57,322 bases of DNA from Chitinophaga pinensis (GCA_945865625.1 CAMBFD010000006.1:1-57322), one strand, 5' to 3'; shown: positions 25,649 to 36,632, counted from the first letter of the stretch. Notes: generated from the letters alone by a model not told the origin. Program-made: numbers and translations.

Positions 25649-28600
25649 TTAAGCCCAGCGTTCATCGGTAATTGGTGTAAAGTAGACTTCCATTTCTTTA
25701 AGCATTTCAACAACATCAGAATTAAACTGAATGCCATATTTTGAAACCATTGTAACGCTCATATTTTCTTCGATATCGCTAAAGTTAAAGATAACAGAAC
25801 AAGTTCCTGGAAATTGTTCTATCATGTGTTGAACCACTTGGTATTTACCTTTTTCAATTTCTAAAGGTGTCATTTCAACTTTCAAAGATTTTACGAGTGA
25901 TTTTTCGTTTACTTCAGAAGCGAGGGTAATTGAATTAAAATTAACACGGGCATCATTCCGTTCTAAATTTGGTTCAGTGGTACCTGAAATAATTACAATG
26001 TAATCTTTCGATAACAAATTTTTATGGGTCATGTATGGTTTTGCGAAAATATTGAGTTCAATACTTCCTGAATAATCTAGAATTGCAAATCGACCATAAG
26101 GATTTCCTTTTTGAGAAATGACTTCACGGGCACTTGTGATGATACCCATGATTCTAAAGTCTGATTTTTCATTATTCTCAATAGCCGATGAAAATTCTTT
26201 TACAGAAGTTTTAGCAACCATAGAGTACACAAATTTAATGTCATCTAATGGATGTTTACTTAAAAAAACTCCCACCAATTCTTCTTCAATTTTTAACTCT
26301 TGATGTAAAGAAAATGGCTCAACGTTTGGAAGTTTTGGTTCCTGCGGAATAGTTGATTCCCCTCCTCCACCAAACAAGGAAGTTTGACCACTAATTTTAT
26401 CGGATTGTACATTTTGCCCATGCTTGATGGCCAATTCAATACCAATTCTACCATCCGAATCTGGCAAAACATATTGTGCTCTGTGATAACGGGTATCAAA
26501 ATCAAAAACGCCTGATTTTGCCATGTTTTCAAGATTCCTTTTATTCACCGCTCTCAAGTTAACCCTTGATGTCAAATCGAATATGGAATCAAATGGTCCA
26601 TTTTTATCTCTATCTGCCAAGATTTCCAAAACAGCTCCTTCCCCAATACCTTTTACGGCATTCATACCAAATCGAATTTCATTATTTTTGGTTACCGTAA
26701 ATGCCGAATTACTTTCATTTAAATCGGGGCCTAAAACTTTCATATCCATACGGCGACATTCTTCCATATAGAAGGTTATTTTTTTAATGTCGCCCATATT
26801 GCTTTTTAAAACTGCAGCCATATATTGAGCAGGAAAATTGGCCTTTAAATATGCAGTTTGAAAAGCAATTACAGCATAGCAAGTAGAATGAGATTTATTA
26901 AATGCATATTGCGCAAACTCTTCCCAATCGCTATAAATTTTCTCCAATATATTATCTGGGTACCCTTTTTCTCGGGCTCCATCCATAAAATCAGACTTCA
27001 AATCATCGATCAGCTTCTTATCCTTTTTACCCATGGCTTTTCGAAGGACATCGGCTTTACCTTTAGAGAAGCCCGCCAATTTCTGACTTAATAGCATTAC
27101 TTGTTCTTGGTAAACTGTAATTCCATATGTTTCTTTGAGGTATTCTTCCATTTCTGGCAAATCATATTCTACGGGTTTTCTTCCATGTTTACGATCTACG
27201 AAATCCGGTATGTACTTCATTGGACCTGGTCTGTAAAGTGCATTCATCGCAATGAGATCACCAAATTGTGTAGGTTTAAGATCTCTCATATGCTTTTGCA
27301 TGCCTGGACTTTCAAACTGAAATATTCCGTTGGTTTCACCCTTTTGGAACAATTCATAAGTTTTAAGGTCATCTAATGGAATGCTATCCAAATCTATCTC
27401 AACGCCTACAGTTTCTTTAACTAAGGTTATTGCATCCTTCATAATTGACAAGGTACTTAAACCTAAAAAGTCCATCTTCAGCAACCCGGCTTTTTCAATT
27501 TGGGTAACATCATATTGAACTTGCATCCATGGCGAATCTTTACTTTTTGCAACAGGCACAACTTCATCAATATCTCTTGGAGCAATGATAATTCCACAGG
27601 CATGAACACCGGTATTTCGGACGCTGCCTTCCAATTTTTCTGCGTCTCTCAAAACTTGTGCTGCAGGTTCATTGCTGTTGTAAATTCTTTGAAGTTCTTT
27701 TAAATTATCAATTTCCTCAACTTTCAAATTTTTAGATTCGTCTTTAGCCAATTCAGCCAAATTGCTATGCAGCATGGTTTTAAAGTTCAAATTCCCCGGG
27801 ACTAATTTTGCCAGCCTATCTGTTTGAGGGAGAGGATATTGCAACACCCTGCCAACGTCTCTAATGGCACTTTTTGCAGCCATTGTGCCATAAGTTACAA
27901 TTTGAGCAATTCTTCGTTCTCCATATTTTTTCGCAACATATTCTATGACACGGTCTCTACCAATATCATCAAAATCGATATCCACGTCGGGCATGCTCAC
28001 CCTTTCTGGATTCAGAAAACGCTCAAAAAGCAAATCGTATTTTACGGGATCCACATTTGTAATTCCCAGGCAATAAGCCACCAAGCTTCCAGCAGCAGAG
28101 CCCCTACCGGGACCTACCCAAACGCCCATATCTCTGGCGGCTGTTGTGAAGTCTTGAACAATTAAGAAGTAACCTGCAAATCCAGATTGTCGAATGGTAT
28201 TCAATTCAAAATTCAAACGTTCTTCAACATTTCCTGGAATAGATCCACCGTAGCGCTTTTTACATCCCTCAACGGCTAGATGAGTGATATAATCGTTTTG
28301 CGATTCAAATCCATCTGGAATGATATAATGCGGCAACACAATATCTCTCGCCAATTTAGGCGGTTCAATTGAATCTATGAGTTTATTGGTATTGTCGAGT
28401 GCTTCAGGAATATCTTTGAATAACTCAGCCATTTCAGCTTGAGTTTTAAAGAAAAATTGCTCGTTTGGAAAACCAAATCGATATCCTTTACCACTTTCTT
28501 CGTTGGTGGCCTTAGGAGTAGACTGAAATTCAGAAGTATTGATACAAAGCAGGATATCATGAGCATTTGCATCAGATTCATCAATATAATGAGAATCATT

Positions 28601-29236
28601 TGTAGCAATGATTGAAACATTATATTTTCTAGCAAATTTTATAAGCACTTGATTGACATCTTCTTGTGACTTTCCGGTATTGTCTATATTCTTTAAATTA
28701 TGTCGTTGCAATTCAACATAAAAATCATCGCCAAAAAGTTCATGCCATTCTACGAAAAGTTTTTCTGCTTCTTCTTCTGTTTTAAAAAGAATTGCTTGAG
28801 GGATTTCAGCACCAATACAACAAGAGGTTGCAATTAATCCTTCTGAATATTGTTTTATGAGGGCTTTATCGACCCTTGGATATTTGCTATAAAATCCCTC
28901 CAAATAGCCTAGTGAGCAAAGTTTTGCGAGGTTTTCATATCCTTTTTGATTTTTAGCCAATAAAAGCTGATGGTATCTTTTATCTTTTTTCCCTTGACCA
29001 AAGGCTTTAACAAACCGGTCTTCAACCATGTAAAACTCACAGCCAATTACGGGTAAAATTCCTTCTGACTTGGCAGCTTGATAAAACTCAAAAGCACCGA
29101 ACATGTTGCCATGGTCAGTAATTGCAACAGCAGGCATGCCATCTGCTTTTGCTTTTTTCATTAGCTTTTTAATATCCGCTGCACCATCAAGTAGCGAATA
29201 TTGTGTGTGAACATGTAAATGAGAAAATGTGGGCAT
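25649..29236 (-). CDS. dnaE: DNA polymerase III alpha subunit
   Basis: PHP motifs HLHVH, TDHG and NDSHY; GRGSAAGS, PDVDIDF, KMDFLGL and FNKSH; no intein. Confidence 0.97.
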   Translation of the reverse strand: MPTFSHLHVHTQYSLLDGAADIKKLMKKAKADGMPAVAITDHGNMFGAFEFYQAAKSEGILPVIGCEFYMVEDRFVKAFGQGKKDKRYHQLLLAKNQKGYENLAKLCSLGYLEGFYSKYPRVDKALIKQYSEGLIATSCCIGAEIPQAILFKTEEEAEKLFVEWHELFGDDFYVELQRHNLKNIDNTGKSQEDVNQVLIKFARKYNVSIIATNDSHYIDESDANAHDILLCINTSEFQSTPKATNEESGKGYRFGFPNEQFFFKTQAEMAELFKDIPEALDNTNKLIDSIEPPKLARDIVLPHYIIPDGFESQNDYITHLAVEGCKKRYGGSIPGNVEERLNFELNTIRQSGFAGYFLIVQDFTTAARDMGVWVGPGRGSAAGSLVAYCLGITNVDPVKYDLLFERFLNPERVSMPDVDIDFDDIGRDRVIEYVAKKYGERRIAQIVTYGTMAAKSAIRDVGRVLQYPLPQTDRLAKLVPGNLNFKTMLHSNLAELAKDESKNLKVEEIDNLKELQRIYNSNEPAAQVLRDAEKLEGSVRNTGVHACGIIIAPRDIDEVVPVAKSKDSPWMQVQYDVTQIEKAGLLKMDFLGLSTLSIMKDAITLVKETVGVEIDLDSIPLDDLKTYELFQKGETNGIFQFESPGMQKHMRDLKPTQFGDLIAMNALYRPGPMKYIPDFVDRKHGRKPVEYDLPEMEEYLKETYGITVYQEQVMLLSQKLAGFSKGKADVLRKAMGKKDKKLIDDLKSDFMDGAREKGYPDNILEKIYSDWEEFAQYAFNKSHSTCYAVIAFQTAYLKANFPAQYMAAVLKSNMGDIKKITFYMEECRRMDMKVLGPDLNESNSAFTVTKNNEIRFGMNAVKGIGEGAVLEILADRDKNGPFDSIFDLTSRVNLRAVNKRNLENMAKSGVFDFDTRYHRAQYVLPDSDGRIGIELAIKHGQNVQSDKISGQTSLFGGGGESTIPQEPKLPNVEPFSLHQELKIEEELVGVFLSKHPLDDIKFVYSMVAKTSVKEFSSAIENNEKSDFRIMGIITSAREVISQKGNPYGRFAILDYSGSIELNIFAKPYMTHKNLLSKDYIVIISGTTEPNLERNDARVNFNSITLASEVNEKSLVKSLKVEMTPLEIEKGKYQVVQHMIEQFPGTCSVIFNFSDIEENMSVTMVSKYGIQFNSDVVEMLKEMEVYFTPITDERWA

Positions 29237-29329
29237 AAATTGAGCTATCGAAATTACGATTTACGAGGCTCAAATTTTGTAGATGTGGACAAATTTCGAA
29301 CAATAATTTTTTTGCAAAAAACGCAAAAA

Positions 29330-29836
29330 TTATTCTACCAATTGGTAAAAAATTGTGTCGCCGGCAACTCTATCTCGGGTAAACGGCAGCATCCAAAGTA
29401 ATTGATCATTTTTATACATCCCTCTTTCTTTAATTTCACCTTGATCATAATATACTTCATAGAATCCATCGGCATAAGCCAATCCCGTTCTATTATCACC
29501 ATTTTTTGAGTAATGGGCCATTCTTTGACCGCTTGGATAAAAATTTTCTTGCCATAACATCAACCCTTTCCCGTTGTATTTACAAACGGTTTCAAGTTCA
29601 TTAAATTTATTAAATTCAAGGGTATAGCTTGCAGTATCTGCTAAAAAGTATCTTTTGATTTGAGGTTTCCCTTCTGCATTCAATGTCTGGTTCATAATGG
29701 CTTCTTCTTCCTCAACTAAACTATCTAAGGTTGCTATCGGAAATTTGTAAGGTTTAGCATCTCTATTGTCTTTTTCAGCACATGAAAAAACCAAGACACT
29801 CACAACAAGCAAAGAATAAACGATTAAATTTTTCAC
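29330..29836 (-). CDS. Lipoprotein with MORN-like repeats
   Basis: Lipobox VFSC; FYPSG and DG.YEVYYDQG.IKERG.YKND repeats. Confidence 0.7.
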   Translation of the reverse strand: MKNLIVYSLLVVSVLVFSCAEKDNRDAKPYKFPIATLDSLVEEEEAIMNQTLNAEGKPQIKRYFLADTASYTLEFNKFNELETVCKYNGKGLMLWQENFYPSGQRMAHYSKNGDNRTGLAYADGFYEVYYDQGEIKERGMYKNDQLLWMLPFTRDRVAGDTIFYQLVE

Positions 29837-29899
29837 ATTGCAATTTTACAACTTTAATTGAAGTATACCAATGTTAAATTTTAAGCTTAATTTTGCCTT

Positions 29900-30973
29900 G
29901 TGTTTCTAAAAGAACTTCAACTGTTTCATTTCAAAAATCACGAATCTTCGAAATTTGTGTTTTCCGAAAAAATCAATGCCATTACTGGAAAAAATGGAGC
30001 AGGTAAAACCAATATTTTAGATGCAATTTACTTCTTGGCAAATGCCAAAAGTTATTTCAATAATATTGACAACCAACTCATTCAATTTGATAAAGATTTC
30101 TACACCATTACTGGCAAGTTTGAGGATGAAAACCCTTTCGACATTGCCATTAATTTTGGCAAAAATACCAAAAAAACAATCAAGAAAAACGGAAAATTAT
30201 TCAAACGAATTTTAGATCATATAGGTCAGATTCAAACCGTATTTATAACACCAAATGACATTGCACTCATTTATGAGGGAAGCGAGGAACGGAGAAAATT
30301 CATTGATTTTACAATTTGCCAGCTAGACACTACCTATTTAAAAAATTTGATTGAATACAGGAAAGTTATCGAGCAAAGAAATAGTTTTTTAAAAACGGTT
30401 GAAGGTCGTTTTGTCGACGAAATTCTCCTTGAAAGTTACAACCACAAACTCATTCCTTTGAATCATGAAATTTACGAAACAAGAAAAAAATTCCTAGCAG
30501 AATTCATCCCTCAATTTAATAAAACATATAGTGATTTGTCGGGTTCATCTGAAAAATGTGATATACACTATAAGAGTTGTCTCAACGATAAAACAATGAC
30601 TTCAATTTTTGAATCAAACTACAAAATTGACATTGCAAGTCAAAGAACAACTGAAGGAATCCACAAAGACGATTTAGAATTCAATATCCATGAAATAACG
30701 ATAAAGAAATATGGAAGTCAGGGACAAATAAAATCGTTTATAGTTGCATTAAAAATTGCACAATACGAATATTTAAAATCGAAAACAGGCAAAAAACCCA
30801 TTTTACTATTGGATGATATTTTTGAAAAAATTGATGATCAAAGATCCAGGCACTTAATGAAAATGGTGTGTTCTGATCATTTCGGTCAAATTTTTGTATC
30901 TGACACAAACTTACAGAGGGTACAAGAACATTTTGAAGACCAAAAAATGCAATGCACATTCATTGAGATTTAA
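29900..30973 (+). CDS. recF: DNA replication/repair protein RecF
   Basis: G.NGAGKTN.LDAI, ERRKFID, GIHKDD, GSQGQ and LLLDD. Confidence 0.95.
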   Translation: MFLKELQLFHFKNHESSKFVFSEKINAITGKNGAGKTNILDAIYFLANAKSYFNNIDNQLIQFDKDFYTITGKFEDENPFDIAINFGKNTKKTIKKNGKLFKRILDHIGQIQTVFITPNDIALIYEGSEERRKFIDFTICQLDTTYLKNLIEYRKVIEQRNSFLKTVEGRFVDEILLESYNHKLIPLNHEIYETRKKFLAEFIPQFNKTYSDLSGSSEKCDIHYKSCLNDKTMTSIFESNYKIDIASQRTTEGIHKDDLEFNIHEITIKKYGSQGQIKSFIVALKIAQYEYLKSKTGKKPILLLDDIFEKIDDQRSRHLMKMVCSDHFGQIFVSDTNLQRVQEHFEDQKMQCTFIEI

Positions 30974-30974
30974 A

Positions 30975-32189
30975 TTACATGAACATACCAATCATAAGAT
31001 CAATATCGTGGTATTTTATAGCAAACTTATCTGCAAGACTTTTATTTGTTAAATTGCCTTTATACAAATAAGTTCCTTTTCTTATTCCGGGTTTAAGACG
31101 CAAGAAATCAGAAAATCCACCGCTTTGAGCCATTTCGTCGAGCATTGGAGTAAACACGTTACTCAATGCATAACTTGCTGTTCTACTAACCCTTGAAGCA
31201 ATGTTTGGAACACAATAATGGATAATATCGTGTTTTTTAAACACTGGTTTTTCGTGATTTGTAACTTCGGATGTTTCAAAATTCCCGCCTCTATCAATTG
31301 CAACATCAATGAGAATGCTATTTGAACGCATGGCCATGACCATATCTTCGGTAACCACAACAGGACAACGGGTTGTATTTCCAGCGAGGGCTCCAATAAC
31401 AACATCAGCGCGTTCAAGGGCTGACTTTAAAACCAACGGTTGAATTGTACTCGTGTACAAATGGAATCCAAATGATTTCTGAATTCTTCGCAATCGATAC
31501 ATATTATTGTCGAAAATTTTGACATTCGCTCCTAAGCCCAAAGCCGCTTTAGTAGCAAACTCACCAACAGCACCTGCGCCAATGACAACTACTTGGGTTG
31601 GCGGAACACCTGCAAAACCGCCTAGAAGTTCACCTTTTCCGATGTGTGTATTGTTTAGATATTCTGCAGCGATTAAAATTGAGGCAGTACCCGCAATTTC
31701 GCTCATTGCACGGATAATTGGCAAGGCTCCTGAATCGTCTTGTAAAAACTCATAAGCCATTGCATTGATTTTTTTATCCATCAATTTCTTTAAAAGAACT
31801 GAATCTAGTTGATTAATTTGCAGCGCGGAAATCAACAATTGCCCTGATTTCATCATCTCAATTTCTTTCAAAGTAGGTGGATCAATTTTGAGAATGGTGT
31901 CGCATTGAAAAACGGCAAAAGTATCATTTGAAATTTCTGCACCAGCTTCACTATATTGGTGATCCGAAAAATTGGCGCTATGTCCCGCAGCGCTTTCAAT
32001 CAAAATTCTATGCCCATTAGACGTAAAAAACTTAACAGCGGCAGGAGTGAGTGGCACTCTATTTTCTTGAAAAGTAGATTCTTTAGGAATTCCGATTGAC
32101 ATTCCACCGCCACTTAATTTAATTGCCAAGGCTTTTGCCAAAGTTTGCGGAGCGGTTTCTTGAATACTTCCAAATATTTGATTCGACAT
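30975..32189 (-). CDS. ald: Alanine dehydrogenase family protein (Bacteroidota type)
   Basis: IGIPKE...ENRV.LTP, MSEIAG, GAGAVG, DVAID.GG and HYCVPN; the catalytic His position is Gln. Confidence 0.8.
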   Translation of the reverse strand: MSNQIFGSIQETAPQTLAKALAIKLSGGGMSIGIPKESTFQENRVPLTPAAVKFFTSNGHRILIESAAGHSANFSDHQYSEAGAEISNDTFAVFQCDTILKIDPPTLKEIEMMKSGQLLISALQINQLDSVLLKKLMDKKINAMAYEFLQDDSGALPIIRAMSEIAGTASILIAAEYLNNTHIGKGELLGGFAGVPPTQVVVIGAGAVGEFATKAALGLGANVKIFDNNMYRLRRIQKSFGFHLYTSTIQPLVLKSALERADVVIGALAGNTTRCPVVVTEDMVMAMRSNSILIDVAIDRGGNFETSEVTNHEKPVFKKHDIIHYCVPNIASRVSRTASYALSNVFTPMLDEMAQSGGFSDFLRLKPGIRKGTYLYKGNLTNKSLADKFAIKYHDIDLMIGMFM

Positions 32190-32389
32190 TTATACAGGTT
32201 TGGGGATTTAATTGGATTAAAGTTGGTATTTTGTATTTTATTTGGGACAAAACACAATTAAATTGATACAATTTACGTTTCTTTTCCACAAATATAACAT
32301 AAATTCAAGACACTAAGATTGCCCATTTTGTTGAGTTTTCGAAAATTATTCGTAAATTGTGCAAGTTTTAGAATAACGATCCTGAGATA

Positions 32390-33685
32390 ATGATATTGAA
32401 AAAAACCTTTTTATTTTGTGCTACCGCTTTAGGCTTAGGGCTTGCTTTCGGACAAGCGCCTATTAATCCAGTTAATGACTTCAACAACATTAATAGAATT
32501 GATAGTATGACTCAAGAACTCTTAAGTTCAATTCCAAGTCATACACCAGTTTCTAAATCCCCGATATCTTATTTTAGTCGTGCTCGCTTTGAAGCCGATG
32601 TGAAAATGATGGGTACAACCATTCCAATGGATTATCATTCTATGGTTGAACAACAAATTCGCTCTCTTCTTGGATATGGTCAAAACTATTTCAACATGAT
32701 ACACGAAAGAATGAATCTCTACTTTCCAATTTTTGAAGAAATATTAGACAGGAATTCTTTACCCGTTGAATTAAAATACGTTTCAGTCATTGAATCTAAT
32801 TTAAATCCTAATGCCGTTTCATGGTGCGGCGCAACTGGTCTATGGCAATTTATGCCTTACACTGGTAAATCAATGGGAATGAAAATCAATTACAATCTCG
32901 ACGAGAGAAAAAGCATTCTCATGAGCACTCAAAAAGCAAGTGAATATTTTAAAAATTCATATTTCTTATTCGATGATTGGTTGATGAGTATTGCTTCCTA
33001 CAACTGTGGACCAGGAAATGTAAATAAAGCCATTCGAAGAGCCGGTGGAGGTAAGAAATCATTTTGGCAAATATTACCATATTTACCAAAAGAAACTCAA
33101 GCTTATGTTCCGAAATTTATTGCAATGGCTTACGTATTGAACTTCACTGAACATGCTTACAATGAAACTCACAATGGTTCTAGTTCAATTTTAGTGCCAA
33201 CAAAAATTGATACCACTTTACATTTGGGCAGAGTTTGTACTTTTTTAGGACAAGATCAAGACGAAATCATGCATTGCAACAGAGATTTACTAACTCAGAA
33301 TACTGGTGTAGCTACGAACAATACTGTTCTCATGCCTTATAGAGCGAGTATGAATTTTATTGACAATTTAGATAGCGCAACTGAATATGCGGCAATTGAT
33401 TACCCAACTAATAATTACTCTCAATACGATAATGTTACTCCAAATTCACACAGAAGACTTAAGCGTAAGGGCTCAAAAGCAAAAGCAGGTCTAAGGTCAA
33501 GCGCTCGTTCATCTCATCAAGTTGTGCGTAAAGGACAAACTTTGAGTTCAATTGCCAGAGAAAATGGAGTGAGTGTAAATCAAATTAAAGAGTGGAACAA
33601 CTTGAACTCGAATTCAATTAGTTCTGGAACTAAATTGAAAGTCCACAAAGGCAAGAAATATCGCCACAGGAAAAACTACAGATAA
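32390..33685 (+). CDS. MltD-like lytic transglycosylase with LysM domain
   Basis: IES, AVS..GATGLWQFMP, YN.G.G, LPKET..YVP and LysM V.KGQTLSSIA...IKEWN. Confidence 0.92.
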   Translation: MILKKTFLFCATALGLGLAFGQAPINPVNDFNNINRIDSMTQELLSSIPSHTPVSKSPISYFSRARFEADVKMMGTTIPMDYHSMVEQQIRSLLGYGQNYFNMIHERMNLYFPIFEEILDRNSLPVELKYVSVIESNLNPNAVSWCGATGLWQFMPYTGKSMGMKINYNLDERKSILMSTQKASEYFKNSYFLFDDWLMSIASYNCGPGNVNKAIRRAGGGKKSFWQILPYLPKETQAYVPKFIAMAYVLNFTEHAYNETHNGSSSILVPTKIDTTLHLGRVCTFLGQDQDEIMHCNRDLLTQNTGVATNNTVLMPYRASMNFIDNLDSATEYAAIDYPTNNYSQYDNVTPNSHRRLKRKGSKAKAGLRSSARSSHQVVRKGQTLSSIARENGVSVNQIKEWNNLNSNSISSGTKLKVHKGKKYRHRKNYR

Positions 33686-33700
33686 TGTAATTGCAACATC

Positions 33701-34843
33701 ATGAGTTCTCCATTATCCAAAATCAAATCATTCTACCCTTTCCTCTTTATTTTTGTACTCGCTTTTGGGGGATGTAAACCAAAACAAGAAAAACTAGAAA
33801 CGCTCGAAACAGATGTTTCCTCAGTTGCCATTATTGGCAATGAAATTTACGGTGAAGGACTTATTGATGTCTTTACCAATAAAAACGATACGAGTAATGT
33901 TTGCAAGCATCTTCCTTTGGAAATGTCTATAACTGGTTACGAATCAATTTTCAACTATATCATCATCAATTCAAAAGAAGAACATGCAATGGCAAAATCC
34001 AATCGCATTGTGGTCCTTTTTGATGAAATTTCAAACAATTTAGAATCAGATATTAACTCAGATCCAATAAAAAAAGGAGATGTTAAGTTTCAAAACACTA
34101 AAATTGGTGTGTATAGCATTTACAAAGACATTTGGGCAATAAGTCAATGCGTTGTTAAAGTTGAACTTAATGAAAATTTGCTCGCAACGATCAAAGGTTC
34201 AACAAACTCAGATCCACTGAGAGGTTCAAATTTGATTCAAATTTCTTCAGGCATTCAACAAATTGTACAGGAGTGCCATCAATTGCTTCAATTGAAAGGC
34301 AGCATTGGTTATTATGATGCAAATTCACCAGAACTCAAATATTCTGACAGTGTAATGAAATTGTTGAGTTCTAACTATGGATTTAATTTCTTTGTTCCGA
34401 ATTCTTTTAGAATTGTTCAGGCCGATTCAACTTTTGTTTGGCTTCTCAATATCAAAAGCGCAGGTGGATATGAAGCCATCATGGTGAATATCAATCAAAC
34501 GCCAATAGATGTTTCAAACCTAAGATCCCTCATTGAAAACAGAAACCTATTTACTTCTAAGTACCTTCACAACGATGAAGGCACGAAGATTGTAGTGAGC
34601 GAAAGTGGTGCATACAATCCATTTTTAGGAAAACCAGGGCTCGCAAACAAACAACCTTACAATTTGTTATATGGATGGTTTACAGAATTCGGAACTTACA
34701 GAAGAGGTCCTTTTGGCCGTTATATCTTTAACAATGGAAAAAAACAAGTGGCCATCGATTGGTTTGCTGGAGGTGCTGAACGATACAATTCAATCAAATC
34801 ACATTTGGATTTAATTTCGCAATCTTTCAAATTTACCCGATGA
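33701..34843 (+). CDS. Hypothetical lipoprotein, DUF4837-like
   Basis: Lipobox AFGGC; KDIWA..Q, FVWL and GPF motifs; position after mltD. Confidence 0.55.
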   Translation: MSSPLSKIKSFYPFLFIFVLAFGGCKPKQEKLETLETDVSSVAIIGNEIYGEGLIDVFTNKNDTSNVCKHLPLEMSITGYESIFNYIIINSKEEHAMAKSNRIVVLFDEISNNLESDINSDPIKKGDVKFQNTKIGVYSIYKDIWAISQCVVKVELNENLLATIKGSTNSDPLRGSNLIQISSGIQQIVQECHQLLQLKGSIGYYDANSPELKYSDSVMKLLSSNYGFNFFVPNSFRIVQADSTFVWLLNIKSAGGYEAIMVNINQTPIDVSNLRSLIENRNLFTSKYLHNDEGTKIVVSESGAYNPFLGKPGLANKQPYNLLYGWFTEFGTYRRGPFGRYIFNNGKKQVAIDWFAGGAERYNSIKSHLDLISQSFKFTR

Positions 34844-35400
34844 AAAAGATTGTGATTTTTGCTTCCGGAAGTGGAAGCAATGCAGAAAACATCTACCATC
34901 AACTTCATTCCACGGTTGAAATACAATGTATATTTTGCAACAACTCAAAAGCTGGTGTGATTGAGAGGGCTGAACGATTGAATATTCCGCTTGTAATCTT
35001 CAATAGAAGTGAATGGACTGATTCACAAACAATTGAGAATCAAATTTCCGAATTAAATCCCGATTTAATTGTGTTGGCTGGATTTTTATGGAAAGTTCCA
35101 GAATCATTCGTGGCGCGTTTCCCTCAGAAAATCATTAACATACACCCTGCCTTGCTCCCAAATTATGGAGGAAAAGGAATGTATGGCCAACATGTGCACG
35201 AAGCGGTTATTGCTGCTAAAGAACCAAAATCAGGCATTACAATCCATTATGTGAATGAACATTACGACGAAGGTGAGTATATTTTAAAAGCCGAATGCGA
35301 ATTAACTTCGCTCGATACTCCTGACACCTTGGCGCAAAAAATTCACGAATTAGAATTTCAATATTTCCCATTAACCATTCAAAAATTATTAACCGCCTAA
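34840..35400 (+). CDS. purN: Phosphoribosylglycinamide formyltransferase
   Basis: ASGSGSN, LAGF, NIHPALLP and ITIHYV...YDEG. Confidence 0.96.
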   Translation: MKKIVIFASGSGSNAENIYHQLHSTVEIQCIFCNNSKAGVIERAERLNIPLVIFNRSEWTDSQTIENQISELNPDLIVLAGFLWKVPESFVARFPQKIINIHPALLPNYGGKGMYGQHVHEAVIAAKEPKSGITIHYVNEHYDEGEYILKAECELTSLDTPDTLAQKIHELEFQYFPLTIQKLLTA

Positions 35401-35402
35401 TT

Positions 35403-36557
35403 ATGCGATACAAAAATATTGAAACCAACGTTTTGCATGCTGGTATTGAACCAGATCCAACAACTGGAGCCATTATGACTCCTATTTTCCAAACAAGTAC
35501 TTATGTTCAAGCTGCTCCTGGAGATCATAAAGGATATGAATATGCGAGAACGCAAAATCCCACACGCAAAGTACTTCAAAACAATCTTGCCGCTTTAGAA
35601 GGCATGAATTATGGCATGTGCTTTAGCACCGGAATGGGTGCCGTTGATGCTTGTATCAAATTATTGAGCCCCGGCGATGAAGTGGTTTCTACAAACGATT
35701 TATACGGCGGATCTTACCGCATTTTTACCAAGATTTTCGCAAATTATGGCATCGTTTTCAAGTTTGTCGATATGTCTGACATCGAAGCTGTGAAAGCTGC
35801 GGTGAATGAAAAAACCAAAATGGTTTGGGTTGAAACCCCTACCAATCCTTTGTTGAGAATCATTGACATTGAAGTAATGTGCCAAATTGGTCATTCAGTT
35901 GGTGCAATTGTGGTGGTTGACAATACCTTCTCATCTCCATACTTACAAAATCCTTCAAATTTTGGTGCCGATATTGTGATGCATTCAGCTACAAAATACA
36001 TCAATGGTCATAGCGACGTTGTGATGGGTGTATTGTGCATTAACGACACGGAGCTCAACGAAAAATTGGCATTTATACAGAATTCATGCGGTGCAACGCC
36101 TGGTCCTCAAGATTGTTTCTTGGTACTTCGTGGCATTAAAACCTTACACATTCGCATGCAACGCCATTGCGAAAATGGAAAAGTTGCGGCAAATTATCTT
36201 GCAAACCATCCTAAAGTTGGTGAAGTATACTGGCCTGGTTTTGTGTCGCACAAAAATCACGAAGTTGCTAAAAAACAAATGAAAGATTTTGGAGGGATGA
36301 TTTCTTTCACTCTAAAATCAGACGCCATTGAAAGTGCATTGACTTTCTTGAAATCAACAACAGTCTTTTCGTTGGCTGAGAGTTTGGGAGGTGTTGAAAG
36401 TTTGGTAGGACATCCTGCAACCATGACGCATGCAAGTATTCCGAAGGCTGAACGCGAAGCGAATGGTTTGAAAGACAGTTTGATTCGTTTGAGTGTTGGC
36501 ATTGAACATATCGACGATATCATTGCCGATTTGGAAGCTGCCTTGGCAAAAGTTTAA
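35403..36557 (+). CDS. Cystathionine gamma-synthase/gamma-lyase (PLP)
   Basis: PIFQTSTY, YAR..NPTR, ETPTNP, DNTF, HSATKY.NGHSD and AESLGGVESL. Confidence 0.93.
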   Translation: MRYKNIETNVLHAGIEPDPTTGAIMTPIFQTSTYVQAAPGDHKGYEYARTQNPTRKVLQNNLAALEGMNYGMCFSTGMGAVDACIKLLSPGDEVVSTNDLYGGSYRIFTKIFANYGIVFKFVDMSDIEAVKAAVNEKTKMVWVETPTNPLLRIIDIEVMCQIGHSVGAIVVVDNTFSSPYLQNPSNFGADIVMHSATKYINGHSDVVMGVLCINDTELNEKLAFIQNSCGATPGPQDCFLVLRGIKTLHIRMQRHCENGKVAANYLANHPKVGEVYWPGFVSHKNHEVAKKQMKDFGGMISFTLKSDAIESALTFLKSTTVFSLAESLGGVESLVGHPATMTHASIPKAEREANGLKDSLIRLSVGIEHIDDIIADLEAALAKV

Positions 36558-36577
36558 TCAATATATTTAACCGATAT

Positions 36578-36616
36578 AAAGGCAACTGAATGACAAGAAT
36601 TCGGTTGCCTTTTTTT
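36578..36616 (+). terminator. Rho-independent terminator
   Basis: AAAGGCAACTGAAT-loop-ATTCGGTTGCCTTT followed by a T run. Confidence 0.85.
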
Positions 36617-36632
36617 ATTCAACATTCAAACT

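Noticed and set aside
25649-29236. Intein or split in dnaE
   Set aside because: Normal length of 1195 aa with continuous motifs and no splice-junction signature.
29330-29836. MORN-like protein as a YwqK-type antitoxin
   Set aside because: It has a lipoprotein signal and no adjacent toxin; such repeats are common in Bacteroidota exported proteins.
32190-32300. Leader peptide or riboswitch in the ~95-nt ald leader
   Set aside because: The short ORFs start within the TATATTTG promoter, lack Ala enrichment, and no stable structure is visible.
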